From the NCBI GenBank assembly GCA_030603385.1, contig JAUVXW010000008.1, positions 32,001-96,000 of the forward strand: a stretch of 64,000 nucleotides of DNA, given 5' to 3'. This document shows positions 39,384-49,132 of this stretch, piece after piece. The notes under the pieces are model-generated. The model made no database searches. It saw only the letters and a list, made by a program, of their open reading frames with translations, and was not told the origin of the DNA. Origin of the DNA: Promethearchaeota archaeon. Lineage in GTDB: Archaea; Asgardarchaeota; Lokiarchaeia; Sigyniarchaeales; SOKP01. Numbering within the stretch: the stretch's first letter is position 1; every line of letters begins with the position of its first letter. Position numbers and translations under genes: made by a program.

Positions 39384-40442
39384 TCATGATTTAATATATT
39401 CGAATATTGTCTCTTTTTCTCCTTGATCATTTAAGACATAACCCTCTTCTAAAGCAATTAGCATTTCATCTAATAAGTGTAATTTACGAATCGTTTCTTG
39501 CTTTTGTAAACTAAAATTCTCATGGGCAAATGGATTTCTGATCCTTTTGAAACAACTTTTAAAATAGTTTTTATAATCTTTTTGCTTCTCTTTTCCCTCC
39601 ACTGTAGAAATATCATCCAAGAATATAACTGGACTATTTTCTGAGAATATCTGTTCAATTAATTGAACTCCAAAATTTCTTTTTAAGCCTTTTTTTTTAT
39701 TTACTTTCTTTAATATTTGCTCAATTTCATTATCAACTGCAGCAATTGATTTATCAAAAAAACCTTTTTTAAACAATCTATAAGCCTCATTAATTATTAT
39801 GTCATGAAAATAATTCCATGGATAATTTTTATTTGAAATTCTCCTGAATATTAATAATAGACAAAATAGAAATATCATAATGATAAAAGATAATAAATAC
39901 CAAAACCTCTCAAAAGTAATCAATTTATAAATAATATCAATATCTACATTGTTGTTATTTGGCTCAATAACAATGTATATAGGATCATTGAATAAATCTT
40001 TATAATCTAAAATTAATGAGAAAGACCCCAATAATTTATTATTTTGATGCGAAATGTAATTAATATCATCCAAATATCCATTTTGAGCTTTTATTTCTAA
40101 ATATTTTGTATATTGTGCTGAATTCAGGATGTAAACATCAATTATATTATCTCCCTTGTAAGATACGAATAATTCTGAATATGGGAGTATTACAGGATGA
40201 TTTATTCTAATTTCCTGAACAAAATAACTGTCATATCTTATGTCCTGATCATAAGATGAATCTTCTAATTTATAAATTGGAAGAGTAAAAATCGGTGTTA
40301 ACAACCATAAAAATATGTTTAAGAATAAACCTATAACTATTACTACAATAAATAAATTGTATAAATTATTATCTAAGTAATTATTTATTCTGGTTTTGAA
40401 TGGTAATTTAATATCCTCAGTTTTCTTTTTGGAATTCTTCAT
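39384..40442 (-). CDS. Membrane protein with extracellular domain and C-terminal TIGR02391 (HEPN-like) domain
   Basis: Two TM helices; G..LI...FS...P, E...Y..F and RIRNPFAH (Rx4H). Confidence 0.72.
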   Translation of the reverse strand: MKNSKKKTEDIKLPFKTRINNYLDNNLYNLFIVVIVIGLFLNIFLWLLTPIFTLPIYKLEDSSYDQDIRYDSYFVQEIRINHPVILPYSELFVSYKGDNIIDVYILNSAQYTKYLEIKAQNGYLDDINYISHQNNKLLGSFSLILDYKDLFNDPIYIVIEPNNNNVDIDIIYKLITFERFWYLLSFIIMIFLFCLLLIFRRISNKNYPWNYFHDIIINEAYRLFKKGFFDKSIAAVDNEIEQILKKVNKKKGLKRNFGVQLIEQIFSENSPVIFLDDISTVEGKEKQKDYKNYFKSCFKRIRNPFAHENFSLQKQETIRKLHLLDEMLIALEEGYVLNDQGEKETIFEYIKS

Positions 40443-40633
40443 TGTTTTTACGAATTTTTGTTGATTTCTATAAAATGTAAAATAGGAAGGATTTATTAAA
40501 TTTATTTACATTATTGATAAAAATTCATTAAAAGACTAAATAATATTTAAATATAAGATTAATTTATTTGAGTTCAAAGATCCTTGATTTACTGCATCTA
40601 TAGTTAGGTGAGTAAGACTAAAATATAATTGAT

Positions 40634-41410
40634 ATGTTTAAACCAAATAAAGATCGGACGTATCTGATAACATATATTGATATTCTTGGATTTGAAGCAT
40701 TCCTTGAAAATCATTCTTTATCAGAAGTTTATGATAAGATGTACAGTTTATTGAAAGCTTTAAAAAATACTAAAGTACAAGGTGTAGTTGAAATTAAATA
40801 TGATAAAAATGTATCTAAAGTCTTTCAAGATTATATAACAAACATTCCCTATTTTTTGTTTAGTGACTCTGTATTGATTTATAAAGAAATAGGGGAGGAT
40901 CACCAACCCAATCTTAGTCCCGAAGATACAGTATTTGGTGAAATGATCATGTCGTTAGAAGAAATCTTTAAGAGTGCATTTAAACAAAGAATTTTTATAA
41001 GAGGAGGACTAGCTTACGGAAAAGCGATAATTCAACCAGGTTCTCAAGGGATTAATAATATTTTAGTTGGCAAACCAATTATTAATGCTTATAAAACAGA
41101 AGAAGCTCAAAATTGGATGGGATGTGCTTTTCATGAATCTTGTAGAGATCTTATTGAAAATTCAATATACACAAAGGATTTTTTAGTACCATATCCCATC
41201 CCATTAAAAAATGAATGTCCGATTCTCAATTATGCATTGGGCTGGGTGGATAGTAGTATAAAAGATTTAAAATCTATGTTTGAAAATTGGGAAACATTTA
41301 AGCCCCACCATGAAGTTATTAAATCTAATACTATGGAGTTTTTTGAAGATAGTAAAGATAGAAGCCCCCGATGGTTAGGATTTGGAATTGATTTTCATAT
41401 GAATTTATAA
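40634..41410 (+). CDS. Class III nucleotidyl cyclase-like protein
   Basis: YIDILGF, FSDS, IRGGLAYG and G.PIINAY..E. Confidence 0.72.
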   Translation: MFKPNKDRTYLITYIDILGFEAFLENHSLSEVYDKMYSLLKALKNTKVQGVVEIKYDKNVSKVFQDYITNIPYFLFSDSVLIYKEIGEDHQPNLSPEDTVFGEMIMSLEEIFKSAFKQRIFIRGGLAYGKAIIQPGSQGINNILVGKPIINAYKTEEAQNWMGCAFHESCRDLIENSIYTKDFLVPYPIPLKNECPILNYALGWVDSSIKDLKSMFENWETFKPHHEVIKSNTMEFFEDSKDRSPRWLGFGIDFHMNL

Positions 41411-41923
41411 GAACACTGTGATTCCTTTAAAATTCTATATAAGGTCTCGATACTCATTTTAATTCAGAGATAGGAAAAATTAATCATTGTAAACCATCAA
41501 CCTTCTCCCTCAAACCATATAATATATTTATGCCCAGAACTTTCTTTAAATCTTTTTTTATTACATTTGCTAATTTTGTACTCACCTTTTCAACTTATTT
41601 TCTTACTTTTCTTACTTTCCTAATATATTTAAACTTAATTATAAAAATATAAGCAGACTTTTTATTCAACCATTATATTTATTTAAAACATATATTATAT
41701 CAGTTATATTTTAAAATATATAATAGCTACAGCTTATTACAGCAAGAATATTACTCAAAAAAGAGAAAAAAATGAAAATTTTAGCAGTCCATAGAACTAA
41801 TGGTAATACTAAATTTCTTAAAGTGTTTTTAAATCAAATTATGAGAGGTCAAACAAAATCTTCTTAATTAAAGGATTTTTTTAGTATTGTAAATGATATA
41901 TTTCTGGTGCATTTCATTATATA

Positions 41924-42478
41924 TTAAATAATAGGGCTGATAACATGAGTACAATTTGGATGTTGGGGTATTGTTTTTGCATAACGATTATAATTTTCGT
42001 TTTCATATATATCAATAAGCTTATTGTATAAAGGCTTCACTTTATGTTTTTTTCCTGCCATCTCCGTAGTACATAATGTATTATGATCTTCATACTGAGA
42101 ATGTGGAATAAAGCAATCCTCTTCTCCAGAATCATTTAAAATCTCCATAACTGCTTGATTATAAAATCTGCTTAATTGGATTCGTACCAAGCGTTCTGCC
42201 CAATCTCGAGTAAATACTCTACTATTATCTGCATATTTTGATGTATTTCTAGGTATTTTATTTTGAACTTGATGGTATGCTGTATTTAAATCAGGAATTT
42301 CTCCCATTATCAATTTTTGAAGAATCTTAATAAATTCCTTTTTTCTACTCTCCTCTTCGATTACTTTTCCTGCTGTTGGTCTAGTTTCGATTAATTTTAT
42401 TATTTTATTCTTTAGTTTATGATTTTTTGATAAAACATGTAATATTTCATAAAAGTTATTGGCATATAGCTCACTCAA
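41924..42478 (-). CDS. Hypothetical protein with a MuF/minor-capsid-like C-terminal motif
   Basis: AERLVR.Q..R.YN ... C ... IPQHPNCTH resembles the MuF P.HPNC.C/H motif. Confidence 0.5.
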   Translation of the reverse strand: MSELYANNFYEILHVLSKNHKLKNKIIKLIETRPTAGKVIEEESRKKEFIKILQKLIMGEIPDLNTAYHQVQNKIPRNTSKYADNSRVFTRDWAERLVRIQLSRFYNQAVMEILNDSGEEDCFIPHSQYEDHNTLCTTEMAGKKHKVKPLYNKLIDIYENENYNRYAKTIPQHPNCTHVISPII

Positions 42479-43172
42479 TTTAATTTACCGCCTACTATAT
42501 TTTATTATTTTTTCATTTTTAAATTAATATTTTCTATAATACTATTTTGAGATACTTAAGGTTTGTAGGTGGTATGGAAATTTAAATATATGTTGTATTT
42601 GGATAATAGCCTACTATTAATGGGAATCCCGACCTTAGGATCCTGAACTGCATGGTGATACCAGGTTTCGTATCGTCTTTATCCTGAAAAGATCGCTTTC
42701 CTCTCATATCACTTGAACTTATAATGTCGATCACATACAAAAATATACACCTCATTTCATTAATATTAGAGATCTTTACATTATAGGTTTTTTTTTTCAT
42801 ATTTAATTAAAAATAATAAAATCTCAAGATCTAAAATAGTTTATAGTAGTATAAAGTATTTTCAGCTTATAATTATTTACAAAATTTAAGGGAAGTTTAT
42901 AAAGAAAGAATTAAAGAAAAGATCTTTAAGTTATTTATAAAGGCAAAATTGTACGATGCAAAAAATGAAAGTATATAAACACATAATCATATATAATTGA
43001 ATAGATGTGGAATTAGCTAAATTTAAACATATAAAATTTATGTATATAATCATTAGATTATTAAAAATAGGTTTTCTTGATAAAAATGCAAAATATTTGA
43101 ATTTTTATAGGAGATTTTTTAAATTATATAAAAATTGATTAATATTCGTATATTTAAAACATTCTTAGACAA

Positions 43173-45689
43173 ATGAAAGATAAAAACATAGAAAAAGAAA
43201 ACAGTTATCAAGAAGGAAAAGAAAGATATTCAAATGGAAAGGCATTTCAAAATGAATTGCATATTAATGGGTATTATAATTGTGATAATCAAGAATTAGA
43301 CAATATGGATTTACAACATAATACCGATGAAATCCCTGTTTCCGGAGAAATATTTGATTATCTAAAATCTTGGGACAAAGAATTTAAAGACAATAATAAA
43401 AGCTATTGTGTTAAACAACAGGACAAATTAAATGAAAGTAATGATTATTATGAGAAGGATGTCTATAAAACAAGCCAATCATCGGAAAATAGTGAACCAA
43501 ATGTTTGTAATAAGTTGTTTAACACTGATTGTAAGGAAAATACTGATAATATTGTAAAAGAATCATTTGTAGTCTCGCTAAGTCTAAGAGATAAATTGTT
43601 TGAAGATTTCTTAGTCCAGAAAGAAGATATCGAAAAATGTAAGTATATCCCAAAATTTAGAGATTTCCAAAATATACCTAAATATGAAGGGCTTACCAAA
43701 AAATACTTTAGTCATGTTAGAAATGAATGGTTCAGGGAAATTCTGCATAAGGATAGCTTTATAGAATACCGAAATGAAATAATGTTAAAAAATTTTTTTC
43801 AAAATGATAAAAAGTTATTTAATTTAATCCAGAGTAATCAATATCCTGAAGGTGTTCTAATTTATAATCTTATTAAACATTTAGATTTATCGTTTCCAAA
43901 ATTAGAAAAAGCAATTTATGGAACTAATAACAATAATATAATAAGAGTATTACAAAATCTAGGTGTCTTTAAATGGGAAGGTTTAACCTCAAAAATTAAG
44001 AGTTTCATTTTATCAATAAAGGACATATCTTTAAAACAACAAGCTATAAAAGAGTTCCAGAAATACTTAAAAACTAAAGTTTATAATGGGTTTAAACGAA
44101 ATAATTTTCCAAGAATTGAAAAATTTACATTAAAAGATTATCCAGAAGGTTGGTTAATTTTGAAATTATGTGAAATCAGTTTAATTTCTGATACAAAATT
44201 AGGAAAATTGATTGATTATAGTGATTTACCTTATCACTTAACAGAATTAAGACGTTTCAAAGGAAATAGAATTGAGAGCATAAAGAATTTTATCTCTAAT
44301 ATCGATGATAAAGAAAAAAAAGAGAAATCTTTTGTAATTCTATCGAATTATATTAAGTTTATTGTATTTTCTCAACTTAATAGAGAGGGTGTAAAAGAAA
44401 TCGATGAATTTTTGGATATTAATCCAAAAAAATGGTTAATATATAATTTATGTGTTATTTATTTAATAGTAATTCGAGATTTTGGTAAAAAAATTGATTA
44501 TAAAGATATTATAACATCTGTTCACACACGATATGACTTTTCAGATATAATAATCAAAAGAATTCGCAACTTTATAAATAAAACAGATGATCTCCAGAAA
44601 AAAGAGATTGCGACGCAAGTTTTGAGTATATATTTGAAGAGAGCCATTTATAATAAATTAAAACAAATTGATTTACCTAATTACAAAAAATTCAAAAGTA
44701 AGATGCACCCTGCACTATGGTTAATAGTTCAGATTTGTTCGATTTATTTACTACATCCTTTTGAGTTAGAAAAGCTCATTAATTATAGTGAATTATCAAA
44801 ACGCTTGAAAGTTATATCGTATTTTACTAATACCACAATAACTAAACTTAGAAAGTTTATTAGGTATAGTGGGACATCGAAACAAAGACAAATAGCTAGA
44901 GATATAATAAATAGATTTCTTGAGGTTAGAAATGAAGAATTTCAAAGATATACTGGACCAAAGGTTCAGAATTTAAAAATGATAAATAATTATTCTGAAT
45001 TGGTCAATCATTTAGAATATGTATATAAATTAGGAACATTTCCTGAAGAAATTTTAGAAGGATATCATGAATATCCACGTATATCAAGATTTAACCAACA
45101 ATTTAGATTTATTTCCATTGAAAAGAAGAGAGTTTTTATTAAAAAAATGATTTCAGATGGATTAATCAAAAAAGTTGACAGCAACGATTCTAAAATTCAT
45201 AATTCAGTTTATAACTTAATAGAATTATCAAAAAATAAGTATTATAAACCTTCTGAGATTTATAATACACACAATAGCCCTGGTCATGAGTCTGTTTTAA
45301 ATAAAATATTAGAGGAAGATTCTAATTCCGTATGTCTGGAAATTCCTATTTGGATGTGGCATAAAGACCATTACTTGACAGGTCATATTGATTTAATCCT
45401 TGTCATGGATGATATCATATATATATGCGATTATAAACCGGAAGAGACTCCAATTCCCGAAACTACTCGATTATCATATTCATTCATGAGATCTATTCCA
45501 CAAGTGGCCTCATATGCATTAGTTTTAAAGAATTTATTTAACATTACTGATATAATGTGCATTACATTCAATAAAAGTGGAGCTTGGATATATGAACCAA
45601 AAACAACTTTAACACACTTAAACAATTTTATTAAAAAAAATAAACAATATAAAGCGAGTGATAGACCTTGGGAAAAGTATTTCCTATGA
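43173..45689 (+). CDS. PD-(D/E)XK nuclease with four internal ~95-aa helical repeats
   Basis: C-terminal H...EIPIW...GHIDLI...ICDYKP...QVASYA; repeats start near aa 224, 323, 417 and 512. Confidence 0.8.
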   Translation: MKDKNIEKENSYQEGKERYSNGKAFQNELHINGYYNCDNQELDNMDLQHNTDEIPVSGEIFDYLKSWDKEFKDNNKSYCVKQQDKLNESNDYYEKDVYKTSQSSENSEPNVCNKLFNTDCKENTDNIVKESFVVSLSLRDKLFEDFLVQKEDIEKCKYIPKFRDFQNIPKYEGLTKKYFSHVRNEWFREILHKDSFIEYRNEIMLKNFFQNDKKLFNLIQSNQYPEGVLIYNLIKHLDLSFPKLEKAIYGTNNNNIIRVLQNLGVFKWEGLTSKIKSFILSIKDISLKQQAIKEFQKYLKTKVYNGFKRNNFPRIEKFTLKDYPEGWLILKLCEISLISDTKLGKLIDYSDLPYHLTELRRFKGNRIESIKNFISNIDDKEKKEKSFVILSNYIKFIVFSQLNREGVKEIDEFLDINPKKWLIYNLCVIYLIVIRDFGKKIDYKDIITSVHTRYDFSDIIIKRIRNFINKTDDLQKKEIATQVLSIYLKRAIYNKLKQIDLPNYKKFKSKMHPALWLIVQICSIYLLHPFELEKLINYSELSKRLKVISYFTNTTITKLRKFIRYSGTSKQRQIARDIINRFLEVRNEEFQRYTGPKVQNLKMINNYSELVNHLEYVYKLGTFPEEILEGYHEYPRISRFNQQFRFISIEKKRVFIKKMISDGLIKKVDSNDSKIHNSVYNLIELSKNKYYKPSEIYNTHNSPGHESVLNKILEEDSNSVCLEIPIWMWHKDHYLTGHIDLILVMDDIIYICDYKPEETPIPETTRLSYSFMRSIPQVASYALVLKNLFNITDIMCITFNKSGAWIYEPKTTLTHLNNFIKKNKQYKASDRPWEKYFL

Positions 45690-45783
45690 TTATGAATTAA
45701 AATCTATTATTTTTTTAGAAAAAAATTAAAACAAGAAGAAAATTTACTTATTTAGTTAATTATTACCTTAAAAGGGATAAATA

Positions 45784-47220
45784 ATGTCATTTATACAGCA
45801 TAAAGAATTGAAATCATATTTTGGGATTATTTTAGGAAATAGAGACGTATTTCCAAATCATTTAGTAAAAGAAGGTAGAAAAGATATTATAGATGTAATG
45901 AATGAATTAGGATATCACTATGTTATTTTAGATGAGGAAGCCACACCACTGGGGGCAGTTGAGACGTACTCAGATGCTAAGAAATGTGCAGAACTTTTCA
46001 AAAAGAATTCTGATAAAATTTTGGGGATAATTTTATGTCTTTGCAATTTTGGTGACGAGAAAGCCGTAGCCAACACACTAAAACTTGCTGATCTCAATGT
46101 TCCTGTTTTAATTCAAGCATGTTCAGATGAGATTAGTAAGATGGATCGAGAACATCGAAGAGATGCGTTTTGTGGAAAAATTTCTGTTACAAGCGTATTA
46201 TATCAACATGGAATTCCATTTACTCTAACAAAATATCACACTTGCGCAATAAAATCGGATTTTTTCAAAGATGATCTTCACCGATTTGAAAAAATATGCA
46301 AGATTGTGAGCAAGCTTAGGAATGCGAGGTTGGGTCAAATTGGCACAAGACCCAATGCATTTGAGACTGTTAGATATAGTGAAAAAATTTTGGAATTTAA
46401 CGGGATAAGTGTAGAACCAATAGATCTATCAGAAATTTTTGGATTAATTGAAAAATTAAAGGATAATGATCCAAAAGTAAAAGATAAGATTGACATTATA
46501 AAGAATTATACCTCTACATCTTCATTTCCAGAAGATGGTATTCTTAAACTTGCAAAATTAGCTGTTGTTATTGAAAATTGGGTAAAAACAAATGACTTAG
46601 ATGGATTTGCTTTTCAGTGCTGGCCTTCAATACAAGATAACTTTGGGATCGTCCCATGTGCTGTCATGAGTATGTTTAGCGAAGGACTTATTCCAGCAGC
46701 GTGTGAAGTCGATATCTCGGGATTAATAAGTATGTTAATATTACAAATTGCTTCTGAAACGCCCTCAGCAATTTTAGACTGGAATAATAATTATGGAGAT
46801 GATCCTAATAAAATGGTTCTATTCCATTGCAGTAATTTACCAAAATCTTTTTTTCAAGATACGCGAATGACTATTCATCCCATAATTTCTGATCAAAAAG
46901 GTGGAGAGGTAAGTTTTGGAGCAATTCAAGGTCGTATTAAAACCAAACCTTGTACATTATTAAGGATTGAAACAGATGACTTATATGGTGATATTAAAGC
47001 CATCATAGCAGAAGGAAAATATACTGAGGATTCTCTAAACACTTTTGGAGGATACGGAGTAGTTGAGATTCTTAATTTACAATTCTTATTGAAATCTCTA
47101 TGTTTAGGAGGATTCGCTCATCATGTAGCATCAACTTTAAATGAAGTTGGTGATATTGTCTATGAAGCTATTTCAAAATATCTTAATTATAACGTAGAAT
47201 TTCATAATAAGAATATTTAA
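45784..47220 (+). CDS. L-fucose/L-arabinose isomerase family protein (intact copy)
   Basis: GNR..FP, NFGDE, RRDAFCGK, QCWP, ACEVD, LDWNN, FHCSN, TFGGYG and GFAHH motifs. Confidence 0.88.
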   Translation: MSFIQHKELKSYFGIILGNRDVFPNHLVKEGRKDIIDVMNELGYHYVILDEEATPLGAVETYSDAKKCAELFKKNSDKILGIILCLCNFGDEKAVANTLKLADLNVPVLIQACSDEISKMDREHRRDAFCGKISVTSVLYQHGIPFTLTKYHTCAIKSDFFKDDLHRFEKICKIVSKLRNARLGQIGTRPNAFETVRYSEKILEFNGISVEPIDLSEIFGLIEKLKDNDPKVKDKIDIIKNYTSTSSFPEDGILKLAKLAVVIENWVKTNDLDGFAFQCWPSIQDNFGIVPCAVMSMFSEGLIPAACEVDISGLISMLILQIASETPSAILDWNNNYGDDPNKMVLFHCSNLPKSFFQDTRMTIHPIISDQKGGEVSFGAIQGRIKTKPCTLLRIETDDLYGDIKAIIAEGKYTEDSLNTFGGYGVVEILNLQFLLKSLCLGGFAHHVASTLNEVGDIVYEAISKYLNYNVEFHNKNI

Positions 47221-47362
47221 ATCTTTTTTATTTCATTTTTCTTTTAAGAAATTACTTGACTAATTTGTATGCCTGTATTCAGATTATATATTTATATAGA
47301 AGTATATCTAAATACTTTTAATAGAATTTCAGAATCAGTAGAAATTCCAAATCTTTAACAAA

Positions 47363-47911
47363 ATGATTACAATGAGTGAAGTTATAATAACTCAAAAATT
47401 AACCTCAAAGAAATATGTTTCTTCAATTTGTTGTCTAAGTTTCATAATATTAGTATTCTACATAGGTTTAGGTGTATTCCCTAACGTCATTGAACCTGGT
47501 ATAGTAGCCGCTCTTGCTTCAACTCTCTTTATTTTAATTCTTGGAGGGGTAAGTATATTTTTTTTATTTTATCTTTTATGGAGATATCGTGGTACTGGTA
47601 AAGTAAGAACATTTTCTATTTCAGATGAATTAATAAAAATAATGGTTCCCAAAAAGCATAATTTTCAAATAAATTGGTCTAATTTTGATACTATTCAAAT
47701 GTATAAACATATTTCTAGATCACAACTTGCTAATTACAAGATCTATAAAATTAATTTCCTTTTAAATAATAATATAATTCAGGATGTTGATATTGAATTA
47801 TCAGTAGATTTTAGCAAAGGAAAATGTAAACAGATTAGATCTTTATTAAATCAATATGCTGTAAGAATGAATAAAGAATATTTCTGGGGTAAAAGAAGAA
47901 AAAAAAAATGA
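47363..47911 (+). CDS. Hypothetical membrane protein (2 TM)
   Basis: Two hydrophobic helices followed by a beta-rich soluble domain. Confidence 0.6.
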   Translation: MITMSEVIITQKLTSKKYVSSICCLSFIILVFYIGLGVFPNVIEPGIVAALASTLFILILGGVSIFFLFYLLWRYRGTGKVRTFSISDELIKIMVPKKHNFQINWSNFDTIQMYKHISRSQLANYKIYKINFLLNNNIIQDVDIELSVDFSKGKCKQIRSLLNQYAVRMNKEYFWGKRRKKK

Positions 47912-48014
47912 TTCTTGAAGATATTTTATATGAAGTATTAGTAACTAATTTAGGATGGAATGTTAGCGTACTTACAAAGTAAATTCAGGTTCTAATAAAT
48001 ACAAACCTAAAAAT

Positions 48015-49109
48015 TTATTTTTTTCTTTTTATTAAAAGATCCTTTTGGAAAAACCCTGAATCGATAAGTTTACTTCTCTCGTCATTCATATGAGTTAATA
48101 AATCAAATGGATAAAAAATTTGACTATCATTATGGTAATTTAAGACACGTTTCCGAGTTAAATATATTGAATATTCAGAAATGTCGCATCCAATCCATCT
48201 TCTTTTTAACTTTTCTGCGGCTAAAAGAGTAGTGCCTGATCCACAAAAAAAGTCAGCAACTAAATCTCCCTCATTAGAACCAAGCTTTATTAATCTCTCA
48301 AGTAAAGAATGATGCTTTTGTGTGGGGAATCCTGTCCATTCTTTTGAAGCAGGTTGTAAACAAGGGATCTTCCAGACATCATCTAATTTTTTATCATTGA
48401 CAATACGATATCGTACATGTCCATTCTCATCTTTTAAATTTTTCAATACACCATTAACATTAATCCTCATTAGCTGCTTCCTTGGTTTCTTACGAGGGAG
48501 TCTGATTTCATTAAAAGTGTAATTATCCGATTTGGAATATACCAAGATGTTATCATGTGCGCGTGGTAAGTTTTTTTTCCCTGCAGAATATTTATTATAG
48601 TAATACCATATTATATTATTTACAAAATTATTTTCTCCAAAAACCTCATCTAGTATCAATCTTATATAATGACTCGCATGCCAATCTAGGTGAATAAACA
48701 ATAACCCTGTGTTTGATAATAATTTTCTAAACAAGGTTATCCTCTGGTAAAACATTTGTAAATATGAATCTAAATCCTTATTCCAGTGATCATAATAAGC
48801 AATTGAATCAAAAGTCTCGTTTTTTTCTGTAATTTCAATTTTATAATTAACGCCAGAAAAAAAAGGGGGATCTACGTAAATTAAATCAATTTTATTTTCA
48901 AATTCATTTAACAAGTGGCATAAAACTTCTAAATTTTGTCCCCAGAATAATTTGTTTTTCCAACCTTTATAGGATGATCTAACTGGAATTTCTTCATTAT
49001 CTAAACATGCTTGAATCATAAAGGATTCAAAAAAATTGGAAAATTCTTTTTTTAGATTATCTAATTTTAAAGTAATATCTGCCTTATTCTTCCAAATTAA
49101 GTTAACCAT
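48015..49109 (-). CDS. Orphan amino-DNA methyltransferase (N6A/N4C, Mod-like, beta class)
   Basis: IDLIYVDPPF, FPTQK and DFFCGSGTT; no adjacent restriction subunit. Confidence 0.88.
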   Translation of the reverse strand: MVNLIWKNKADITLKLDNLKKEFSNFFESFMIQACLDNEEIPVRSSYKGWKNKLFWGQNLEVLCHLLNEFENKIDLIYVDPPFFSGVNYKIEITEKNETFDSIAYYDHWNKDLDSYLQMFYQRITLFRKLLSNTGLLFIHLDWHASHYIRLILDEVFGENNFVNNIIWYYYNKYSAGKKNLPRAHDNILVYSKSDNYTFNEIRLPRKKPRKQLMRINVNGVLKNLKDENGHVRYRIVNDKKLDDVWKIPCLQPASKEWTGFPTQKHHSLLERLIKLGSNEGDLVADFFCGSGTTLLAAEKLKRRWIGCDISEYSIYLTRKRVLNYHNDSQIFYPFDLLTHMNDERSKLIDSGFFQKDLLIKRKK

Positions 49110-49132
49110 TCTAATATAATAAAAAGAATTTT

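Larger units (their letters stand above)
34090..46059. mobile_element. Putative inserted segment 2 (defence island) carrying CBASS and supplying the current 5' end of the isomerase gene
   Basis: Starts where copy 2 homology ends and runs to the equivalent codon (E92, nt 46057-46059) of the intact gene. Boundaries are inferred. Confidence 0.55.

Noticed and set aside
29906-46059. Search for an integrase, transposase or terminal inverted repeats for the island
   Set aside because: No tyrosine-recombinase (R..HxxR..Y), serine-recombinase or DDE motifs are recognisable in any ORF, so it is not called a classical integrative element or IS.
48015-49109. Methyltransferase as part of the defence island or a type III R-M system
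   Set aside because: It lies outside the isomerase-bounded segments and has no Res or REase partner; treated as an orphan.
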